Shown: positions 1 to 6,242 of the stretch, piece by piece
Layout: each line of letters opens with the position of its first letter
How positions within the stretch are numbered: position 1 is the first letter of the stretch
Assembly: GCA_012729505.1 (NCBI GenBank)
Contig: JAAYDA010000019.1
Span: 234 to 64,233, forward strand
Source of the DNA: Syntrophomonadaceae bacterium
Lineage (GTDB): Bacteria; Bacillota; Syntrophomonadia; Syntrophomonadales; DTU052
Length of the DNA stretch: 64,000 nt
Direction: 5' to 3'
The notes under the pieces: model-generated
Told to the model about the DNA's origin: nothing
The model's database searches: none
What the model saw: only the letters and a program-made list of their open reading frames with translations
Position numbers and translations under genes: made by a program

Positions 1-1
1 G

Positions 2-190
2 TACAGTATGACCGGTTCAGAAATGATAATCACCGAGCCAACTCCAGGGTACTGGACTACAGGGCCGGGATACTACCCGCCGAAAACGGCAACCATGGAG
101 CCGATCTACGATACCTATACGATATACGGCTGGAAGGAAGTTGACTATGAATCAAACAAGCCGAAGATAAAAACCAGGCTAGTTAGGTGA
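2..190 (+). CDS. 3' end of an ORF that probably enters from the left edge; no family recognised
   Basis: The frame is open from the window edge to the stop at 190. The tail is Tyr/Pro/Thr-rich (GYWTTGPGYYPPK). No motif recognised. Confidence 0.2.
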   Translation, partial: YSMTGSEMIITEPTPGYWTTGPGYYPPKTATMEPIYDTYTIYGWKEVDYESNKPKIKTRLVR

Positions 191-519
191 TACCAGCACA
201 AATTAGTATATTATGCTCGAAAGGAGGGGAGTTCCTTGAACTATCCTTGGAAAAGACTTAAAATAAAAGCAGTTATTTATAGGGATATAAAGCTACAAGC
301 AGGCGGAGCTTGCTGAGGAGTTTAGCAGCCTGATAACAGGGCTGCCGCCTTGACGGGTATAACCATCAAGGGTGGGCCGTTTGACACGGCCTGAAGGGGG
401 AGCAAACGACATTGGGCAGAAATGTACCGACCGATGCGGACCCCAACCATCCTGGTAATCAGGAATCCCCTGGATTTCCCCATGGGGAGGATGTCAATCG
501 AGAAAGGAGGCTGTTAGGC

Positions 520-702
520 TTGAAGCGGGATTTGAAAACTAATCCAAAAGTAAATATCATATATGCTAAAAAAGAGCAGCCGTCCATTGAAGCTAACGAA
601 AAGCTTCCAGAAGGAATAACAGAATCTTTTAAGGAAGTCGTATTGATGAGGCAGGGTAAAATTCCTAAAAAGACTTGGTGGGAGGTTAGGGATGAAATAT
701 GA
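520..702 (+). CDS. putative small antitoxin partner of the downstream RelE/ParE-type toxin (60 aa, TTG start)
   Basis: RBS AAAGGAGG at 503-510 lies 9 nt before an in-frame TTG at 520. The stop overlaps the toxin start by 11 nt. The C-terminus (SFKEVVLMRQGKIPKK) resembles small antitoxin tails as I recall them. Confidence 0.45.
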   Translation: MKRDLKTNPKVNIIYAKKEQPSIEANEKLPEGITESFKEVVLMRQGKIPKKTWWEVRDEI

Positions 703-994
703 GGTCATACCAACCTCGTACTTTCTAAGAAGATTGAAACAACTTAAAGAGCGCGGCGTAGAGCGAGGAGTAGATTCCCTCGCTCTCGGTTTGCAGGAAG
801 GTATTTTTCCTGGAGTTATCATAAAGGGCACCAAAGGTAAGGTTCGCAAGACTCGCATTGAAGCTGCTGGTCAAGGGAAAAGGGGTGGCTTTCGGGTGAT
901 CTATTATCTCTGCATTGAGGAAAACAAAGAAATCTACCTAATAGACGTATACGGCAAAAATGAGAAAGAAACCATAACCCCAGCTGAGATTTAA
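692..994 (+). CDS. RelE/ParE-superfamily type II toxin
   Basis: 100 aa. The GGFRVIYY...IYLIDVYGKNEKE signature is typical of RelE/ParE-like addiction-module toxins. It is translationally coupled to the upstream small ORF. Confidence 0.7.
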   Translation: MKYEVIPTSYFLRRLKQLKERGVERGVDSLALGLQEGIFPGVIIKGTKGKVRKTRIEAAGQGKRGGFRVIYYLCIEENKEIYLIDVYGKNEKETITPAEI

Positions 995-1030
995 CAGCTT
1001 CTAAAACAACAAGAATTGCCCCTATGGTGA

Positions 1031-1066
1031 GCCAAAAGCCCCTTGTTTAAACAAGAGGCTTTTGGC
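1031..1066 (+). terminator. stem-loop downstream of the RelE-like gene
   Basis: GCCAAAAGCC...GGCTTTTGGC forms a 10-bp stem around the palindromic CTTGTTTAAACAAG. It lies about 35 nt after the stop at 994. Confidence 0.5.
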
Positions 1067-1117
1067 GTTAGTAGTTGTAGGAATTATTTCTCTGTGCTTA
1101 AAGCCTAAAAAGAAAGA

Positions 1118-1245
1118 AGACTGCCTTTGTGTAAGGCGGTCTAGTCCCGATGTAGGACCTACCGCCCCGCAAAAAACGGCAACCCCTTTATTAGTTGTAT
1201 GATATCATCTAAAAAATAATACGTCAACGTACCAAAAGGCGGGCT
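1118..1245 (-). ncRNA. copy A of a promoter-bearing ~125-nt repeat (candidate small RNA), leftward orientation
   Basis: On the minus strand: TTGACG (plus 1222-1227), a 17-nt spacer, then TATCAT (plus 1199-1204). An AAGGGGTTGCCG...GGCGG hairpin follows, then a terminal hairpin AGACTGCC..GGCGGTCT at 1118-1142. It aligns along its whole length with copies at 5000-5131 and 5805-5931. Confidence 0.4.
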
Positions 1246-1367
1246 CCTAACACTCAGATCAATAGCTGGGGCTAAAATATTTCACATATGTCCTCAGTCT
1301 TGAGTCACGAATAATCCAGTCTCTCTTGCGCATACTATGTACATAGTGTACGCTAGGAGGTGGAGGG

Positions 1368-1784
1368 ATGTTTATGCAGGACATAATGAGTGCAACAGAG
1401 GTTCGAAAAGAATGGAGCACCTGGGTTGACAGAGTGGTTAGAGAGAAGCCTTTGGTGGTAAAGCGCACCCACGATTACTTTGTAGGAATATCTATTGAGC
1501 ACCTGAAAAAACTACTTGAACCCTACAAATTTGAAATAGAAATTGACGCAGAGAAAAGCGGTGCTTTTGTGGCGTCGTTAAAAGGCTTTGACTTGGTGGT
1601 ATCCGGGCAAAATAAAGATGAGGTGCGCAAAGCTATGGCGCATGAGTTGTTGGAATACGCCCAAGATTATTTTGCGGAATTTGATCTTTATTATAAGGCT
1701 CCCAACCGGCAGGAACACTTTCCGTATTTACTTAAGGTGTTGTTATTGAATGATACTCGGGAGCTTGAAAGACTAATTGCCTAG
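1368..1784 (+). CDS. antitoxin-like protein (Phd/YefM-like N-terminus, HicB/UPF0150-like middle region)
   Basis: RBS AGGAGGTGGAGGG precedes the ATG. The N-terminus SATEVRKEWSTWVDRV..KPLVVKR resembles Phd/YefM antitoxins. No cognate toxin follows because the truncated IS66 abuts the stop. Confidence 0.4.
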   Translation: MFMQDIMSATEVRKEWSTWVDRVVREKPLVVKRTHDYFVGISIEHLKKLLEPYKFEIEIDAEKSGAFVASLKGFDLVVSGQNKDEVRKAMAHELLEYAQDYFAEFDLYYKAPNRQEHFPYLLKVLLLNDTRELERLIA

Positions 1785-2062
1785 ATGCGCCGATAGGTGA
1801 TAGTCTCCGTCTGGGGTTCTTCTGTATGGGGATTGGCGCTCTCTTCAGCCTCGTTGAAAAGGTTAAGCTGTTCGGGCGAAGACTTCTCACTGGAAGAACC
1901 AAAGCGCTTCTGATTTATTAGGCGCAACTGTTCCTCATACCATTTGAGGCGGGAATTAAGCTCGGCGTTCTGCTGTTCCAATGTTAAAATATGTTGATCT
2001 TTTTGAAGCAAAACAGTTTGAAGTTGTTCAACAAGAGCAGCAGAATTTTCATGCTTATCCAT
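1781..2062 (-). pseudogene. IS66 transposase (TnpC) N-terminal fragment
   Basis: LEQQNAELNSRLKWYEEQLRLINQKRFGSSSEK..QLNLFNEAE is the leucine-zipper N-terminus of IS66 TnpC. Only 93 of roughly 500 aa are present. Confidence 0.8.
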
Positions 2063-2137
2063 GTCTTAATTATACCGTAAAATCGGGCTTTTTGCCAGTT
2101 TAATATGCTTAAATTTCCCGAAATATCGGTATTTTTA

Positions 2138-2491
2138 TCAAAGAACCGTTCGTTCTTTTACCGCTTTATGGGCTTGCTTTTGCCGAAGCGATAATCCGTC
2201 CAGAAGCCAGCGCAGTTCCCGATAACTGATGTTAACTACTCTGGTGTTTTCATCCGGCCAGTTGAACTTGCCCCGTTCAAGACGGCGGTAATGCAGCCAG
2301 AAGCCATTATGATCCCATTGCAGGATTTTGAGCTTATTGCGGCTGCGGTTGCAAAATACATAAAGGCTCTGACTGAATGGATCCAGAGCAAATGATTCTT
2401 TGACTACTACAGCTAAAGAGTCGATGGATTTTCTAAGATCAGTGCTGCCGCAGGCCAGGTAAACCTGCCGATTTGAAATGTCACTTATCAT
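2138..2491 (-). CDS. IS66 family accessory protein Orf2 (TnpB)
   Basis: 117 aa with YLACGSTDLRKSIDSLAVVV...LYVFCNRSRNKLKILQWDHNGFWLHYRRLE, the conserved IS66 Orf2 pattern. It overlaps orf1 by 4 nt. Confidence 0.85.
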   Translation of the reverse strand: MISDISNRQVYLACGSTDLRKSIDSLAVVVKESFALDPFSQSLYVFCNRSRNKLKILQWDHNGFWLHYRRLERGKFNWPDENTRVVNISYRELRWLLDGLSLRQKQAHKAVKERTVL

Positions 2492-2799
2492 AGCGTCTTC
2501 AGAACTTTAACAACCTGGCCAAGCAGTTCATGATCAAAGCCATCTTGAACTTCGACTGAGATTTGCCCGACATGGATCATTACGGTTTTAGAATCAAATC
2601 TGGTTCTGACATCAAGCGGCAACCATTTGACTGCGGCATTGTTGGTTTTCGGTTTCGGATTTAACCGTCTGCGCCAGTAATAAAACCGGCTAACGGGTAG
2701 CGAATGCTTCCGGCACCAGGCCACGATGCTCAATCCGCTGCGTTGATAGTCCAAAAACCGTTGTTCCCATTCTTTTTGAAGATTTATCATCCTGAACAC
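2488..2799 (-). CDS. IS66 family Orf1 (TnpA, helix-turn-helix protein)
   Basis: 103 aa. WEQRFLDYQRSGLSIVAWCRKHSLPVSRFYYWRRRL is the IS66 Orf1 HTH motif. Confidence 0.8.
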   Translation of the reverse strand: MFRMINLQKEWEQRFLDYQRSGLSIVAWCRKHSLPVSRFYYWRRRLNPKPKTNNAAVKWLPLDVRTRFDSKTVMIHVGQISVEVQDGFDHELLGQVVKVLKTL

Positions 2800-2873
2800 T
2801 CCTTATTTTAAGGCTCAGGATATTCTCTCAAATCTCATTTGCTTTGTGAATGTGTCCGCGTTTTGACGCTTAC

Positions 2874-3020
2874 TATAAAGTGGAATAACCCAACAGCCTT
2901 ACTGAATTCAACCAGTATATCGACATCACTATTCTCTTTAGCTTCACCCCTGGCAAACGAACCGAATACACCAATGCGGCTCACATAGTATTGCTTGAAA
3001 AAACGGTGGGTATTCTGACC
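2874..3020 (-). pseudogene. nucleotidyltransferase (MNT/minimal NTase) gene fragment disrupted by the IS66 insertion
   Basis: The minus-strand frame reads ..KQYYVSRIGVFGSFARGEAKENSDVDILVEFSKAVGLFHF and runs straight into the IS66 IR at 2873. GSxxRGE..DxD is the NTase motif. No start codon or C-terminal half is present. Confidence 0.5.
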
Positions 3021-3145
3021 TGATTAATATGTTAGAATTAATAAATCTAAGACAGTCGGTTGAGGTAAAAGGTTTTGACCGGCTTTTTAAGTGAGGTCCC
3101 ATTACTTAAGAAAATCCGGTTCGTCCCCATAGAAAGGAATAAACC

Positions 3146-3403
3146 TTGTATTTAGGAATAATTTTTGGCTTATATGTACTGTTTACCATAGGTTTGTATC
3201 ACATACTGGTAGTGAAGCTGGAAGAACGCTACGGGGTATGGCCCTGGCTGGTTTTCCTCGTTATCGGACTGCTGTGTCTGTATTTATCCTGGCGCAGTTC
3301 CAGTGAAGCCTTATCCATGTGGTGGGGATATAACGCCTTTTTAAACCTATGGACCATCAAAGAAATGTTTGAGCAACCCAAGCGGCGTCTGAGCAAGAGG
3401 TAA
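3146..3403 (+). CDS. small predicted membrane protein
   Basis: 85 aa with two hydrophobic helices (GIIFGLYVLFTIGLY; WLVFLVIGLLCLYL). TTG start. No family recognised. Confidence 0.3.
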   Translation: MYLGIIFGLYVLFTIGLYHILVVKLEERYGVWPWLVFLVIGLLCLYLSWRSSSEALSMWWGYNAFLNLWTIKEMFEQPKRRLSKR

Positions 3404-3567
3404 AAGAACTGCCCCTGGTTCATAAATTAAGAAACGGAAGCGATCAATTTCCGGCGGGAGCATGACCGATTCGGCCCTTTGAACGGAAAGTTTGTCCTGA
3501 GACACGAACAGCAAAAACATAATGATAAGCAGCGCGATATAGACCACCGCGAACGGTACAATGGACT

Positions 3568-4488
3568 TTAATCCTTCAACAGGTTCAAGTATTGGGAAAG
3601 CCTTTCCCTTACATATTCGCCCACCATATTCACCATCGGTGACGCGTCGCTGTCCCAATAATAGCTGTCAAAGCAGGCATAATATTTTCTCCTGTCCGCA
3701 AATTTCACGTCGATGGGCGGGTAGCCCGCCTGCATCAGCATTAGATTCAATATCAGCCGCCCGGTGCGTCCATTACCGTCGATGAACGGATGAATTCCCT
3801 CAAAGTTCAGGTGGAACAGCGCCGCCGTTTCTATGGTATGCCGGTTGCCGCGGTGTAAATCCGCAACCAACCCTTCCATTTGAACCGGAACAAGATAAGG
3901 CTGGGGCGGCTCGTGATGCGCACCCATAATCTTCACCGGAATTCTCCGGTACACACCCTTGTCCTCCGGCCGATCCATCAAAACAAGGGAATGGATTTCG
4001 CGGATAATCCGTTCCGAAATCGGGACCTTATCGCTGACGAGCGAAACCACATAAAGAAAAGCGTCACGGTGCCCCACCGCCTCCAGATGGTCTTTCAGCG
4101 GTTTTTTGCCAATCGTCACACCCTCCAAAGCGAGCGCGGTTTCCTGCAGCGTGAGCGTGTTGCCCTCGATGGCGTTCGAGTTGTAGGTGAATTCCACGAG
4201 GAACTCGTCCTGCAATCGTTTCAATTCCCCGCTTGTTAAGGAACGCCGACGGTCAAGTTCCGCTTTCATTCCGTCAATAGACGCGAAAAACGCGGCATAT
4301 TGTTCCGGAATATCCTTGCCTCGCAGACTACGACCGTCAATCGGTTTTAGCGCGTCTGCCGGAATGAGGTAGGAACGTCCTTTCTGAATGGCGCCCTCTA
4401 CCCGCCCCTCGGAACAAAGCAAACGAACCCGACGGTCAGATATGCCCCACCGCTCCGACGCTTGTTTTACGGTCATGTATTGCATCAC
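3568..4488 (-). CDS. Fic/DOC family protein with N-terminal MerR/excisionase-like HTH
   Basis: It carries the canonical Fic motif HPFIDGNGRTGR. The N-terminus TVKQASERWGISDRRVRLLCSEGRVEGA is HTH-like. Confidence 0.9.
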   Translation of the reverse strand: MMQYMTVKQASERWGISDRRVRLLCSEGRVEGAIQKGRSYLIPADALKPIDGRSLRGKDIPEQYAAFFASIDGMKAELDRRRSLTSGELKRLQDEFLVEFTYNSNAIEGNTLTLQETALALEGVTIGKKPLKDHLEAVGHRDAFLYVVSLVSDKVPISERIIREIHSLVLMDRPEDKGVYRRIPVKIMGAHHEPPQPYLVPVQMEGLVADLHRGNRHTIETAALFHLNFEGIHPFIDGNGRTGRLILNLMLMQAGYPPIDVKFADRRKYYACFDSYYWDSDASPMVNMVGEYVRERLSQYLNLLKD

Positions 4489-4577
4489 TTCACCTCCTAA
4501 TCTTTATATAGTATACTACGTTAACGGAATAATATCAATGACATTTCAATAATTATACCCCTATTATTCCGACAAGG

Positions 4578-4853
4578 TTTAAAACATCCGGTTCTCATGC
4601 AATTCGCCACAAATCCTTCGGCTACATAGCCAAGGAATCAGTCAGCAGGCAATCGCAGAAAGCCTTTCCTGCTCACGCAACACCGTAGCCAAGGTGTTAC
4701 ACAGAGCGAAGGAACTTTCCATCGCCTGGCCACTGACACCAGAAACCACCGACGCAGTGCTGGACTGACTATTATATCCAGACTCCGTCACCCCGACAAA
4801 TCGTTGTCTTCCTGATAACGAGTATATCCATAAGGAGATGGCGTAAAAAGGAG
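4578..4853 (+). pseudogene. IS21-family transposase (IstA) N-terminal remnant, frameshifted and truncated
   Basis: One frame reads ..QILRLHSQGISQQAIAESLSCSRNTVAKVLHRAKELSIAWPLTPETTDAVLD then a stop. The next frame continues LLYPDSVTPTNRCLPDNEYIHKEMA then a stop. This is the IstA HTH followed by the PD.EYIHKEL region. Confidence 0.55.
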
Positions 4854-4970
4854 TTAGTCTACCCACTCCAGGATCTGAATGATCTGGGCCACGCTTCTCG
4901 CTTGATTTCCACCTTTGTCAAATTGCCCATCATGTGCTTTCGCAGCGATTATAATCGCTTTATTAAGCAT
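4854..4970 (-). pseudogene. truncated HD-domain ((p)ppGpp-hydrolase-like) gene stub, 38 codons
   Basis: RBS GAAGGGGGG precedes an ATG at 4970. MLNKAIIIAAKAHDGQFDKGG.. matches HD-domain N-termini. The frame ends exactly where the IS21 remnant begins. Confidence 0.35.
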
Positions 4971-4999
4971 TAGAAAAATCCCCCCTTCACATCACTAGG

Positions 5000-5131
5000 A
5001 ACGCCCTTTGCCTCGGTGACGTATTCTTTTTCTGATGAATATCATACAATTTATAAAGGAGTTGCCGCTTTTTACGAGGCGGTAGATCCTAAATCGTGTT
5101 AGACCGCCTTACACAATGAAGGCGGTCTTCT
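5000..5131 (+). ncRNA. copy B of the promoter-bearing ~125-nt repeat (candidate small RNA)
   Basis: GTGACG (5016-5021), an 18-nt spacer, then TATCAT (5040-5045). AAAGGAGTTGCCGC..GGCGG follows, then a terminal hairpin AGACCGCC..GGCGGTCT at 5101-5128. Confidence 0.4.
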
Positions 5132-5249
5132 TACCCCTCCTTCACAGGAATTATAACATGGTTCTACCACAAAAGAGCCCGGCATTAAACCGGGCTTTTC
5201 TGTAAATATATGATACGTTTTTCAAGGTGCTCCTTTAACATTGCGCCGT

Positions 5250-5480
5250 TTAATTATTGGAGGATTGGGTTATTGTCGTCTTAGTTAAAGGCAAAGAAAT
5301 CGCTTCCAGTACCGATAAGTCACTGGCCTTGCTTGCGTTGTCAATATCTATTCCCACTATCCTGCCTTCGGTATCATAGTCAAGCACTACGCCAGGAGCG
5401 ACTTCTTCCGAATCGGCACTGGGTCGTTCAGATAGCTCGATATAAAGGGAATCTGTTTCAGGATAATAACTTAGTTTCAT
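5250..5480 (-). CDS. DUF2283-family small protein
   Basis: 76 aa. MKLSYYPETDSLYIELSERP...GVVLDYDTEGRIVGIDI is the characteristic DUF2283 pattern. Confidence 0.7.
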   Translation of the reverse strand: MKLSYYPETDSLYIELSERPSADSEEVAPGVVLDYDTEGRIVGIDIDNASKASDLSVLEAISLPLTKTTITQSSNN

Positions 5481-5482
5481 TA

Positions 5483-5719
5483 CTACTCCTCCTTCCTAAA
5501 TCCTCTATCAGGGAAGGCATTATGTATAGTTTCGCCGTCTTCCAAGGTTACTACACGAAGGTATTTTTGAATCTCGCTGACGAAAATCCAATGACGAATG
5601 CGTCCATCATCTTGAGTTTCTTTTCGTTCTGGTTGATTGATGGCCTGTAAACACCATTCGCGTTTAATATATGAGCGTTTACGAAGAACTTGTTCCTCAA
5701 ATTATCTGGTCGTCTTCAT
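5483..5719 (-). pseudogene. DUF4258-like gene with an in-frame TAA at codon 6
   Basis: RBS GGAGG precedes the ATG at 5719. The frame reads MKTTR, stop (plus 5702-5704), then FEEQVLRKRSYIKREWCLQAINQPERKE..DGRIRHWIF..VVTLEDGETIHNAF. It ends 2 nt before the DUF2283 start. Confidence 0.5.
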
Positions 5720-5804
5720 ATCAATCCTCCGTTTCCGTACAAATATTATAACATCTGGAAGGTCTTGGTCAAGGAGACATCGCCCTTCGTTGGCCCCAAA
5801 CCTC

Positions 5805-5931
5805 CCACGCTTTTGCCTCGTTGACGTATTATTTTTTAGGTGATATCATACAATTAATAAAGGAGTTGCCGCTTGTGGTATGGCGGCAGGTCCTAATCGG
5901 TTTTAGACCGCCTTACACAAAGGCGGTCTCG
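5805..5931 (+). ncRNA. copy C of the promoter-bearing ~125-nt repeat (candidate antisense/small RNA convergent with a toxin ORF)
   Basis: TTGACG (5821-5826), a 17-nt spacer, then TATCAT (5844-5849). AAAGGAGTTGCCGCTTGTGGTATGGCGGCAGG forms a hairpin, and a terminal hairpin sits at 5905-5929. The element ends 2 nt from the stop of the convergent 28-codon ORF. Confidence 0.45.
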
Positions 5932-6018
5932 TTATTTCTTGTGCATAATACACAAAGAAATGACTCCTAAAATTACTAAGCAGAATTGAAACAATTCGCT
6001 AAATGTAATCATAGGCAT
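5932..6018 (-). CDS. 28-aa hydrophobic peptide, holin-like (type I) toxin candidate
   Basis: MPMITFSELFQFCLVILGVISLCIMHKK has one TM helix and a basic C-terminus, like the 'putative holin-like toxin' peptides of Firmicutes as I recall them. The ORF is absent from the track because it is under 60 aa. Confidence 0.45.
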   Translation of the reverse strand: MPMITFSELFQFCLVILGVISLCIMHKK

Positions 6019-6133
6019 CACCTAGCCGCACTGACCTCACCGCCAAACGGCAACTCCTGAGTTATATTAACATAATATGCTAATTTATGCTGCTGATGCT
6101 GGCATCACAATATTTCTGTTTAAAAGATAATGA

Positions 6134-6176
6134 CCCGCTGCACACTCACGATTAGAAATCACGAGTGTGCAGCGGG
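6134..6176. terminator. strong stem-loop downstream of the 6243-7925 gene
   Basis: CCCGCTGCACACTC / GAGTGTGCAGCGGG forms a 14-bp stem. On the minus strand a moderately T-rich stretch follows it. Confidence 0.6.
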
Positions 6177-6242
6177 CCAGCCTTTCGAACTGCAACAACT
6201 GAGAGTAATAAGACTTAACACTCAATCATTATACTGAGACTG

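Larger units (their letters stand above)
1785..2873 (-). mobile_element. truncated IS66-family insertion sequence (left IR, orf1, orf2 and the 5' third of the transposase gene)
   Basis: The terminal inverted repeat begins GTAAGCG (reverse complement of ..CGCTTAC ending at 2873), as is typical of IS66. The three-ORF IS66 order is preserved. The transposase ORF breaks off after about 93 codons at the junction with the 1368-1784 gene. Confidence 0.8.

Noticed and set aside
355-385. T-box-like string (CAAGGGTGGGCCGTT versus the T-box GGGTGGTACCGCG)
   Set aside because: It is only a partial match. There is no specifier-loop architecture or terminator/antiterminator, and the downstream genes are a TA pair rather than an aminoacyl-tRNA-related gene.
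3347-3658. 103-aa minus-strand ORF overlapping the 3' end of the Fic gene and the small membrane ORF
   Set aside because: It overlaps two better-supported genes, has no RBS, and its hydrophobic segment is the antisense image of the plus-strand membrane ORF.
5862-5965. Possible 33-codon ORF inside repeat copy C starting at TTG after the AAAGGAG (MPLVVWRQVLIGF...)
   Set aside because: The frame is not conserved. Copy B hits a TAG after seven codons, and copy A has an indel relative to copy C that puts it in a different frame. The conserved features are the promoter boxes and hairpins, which favours an RNA element.
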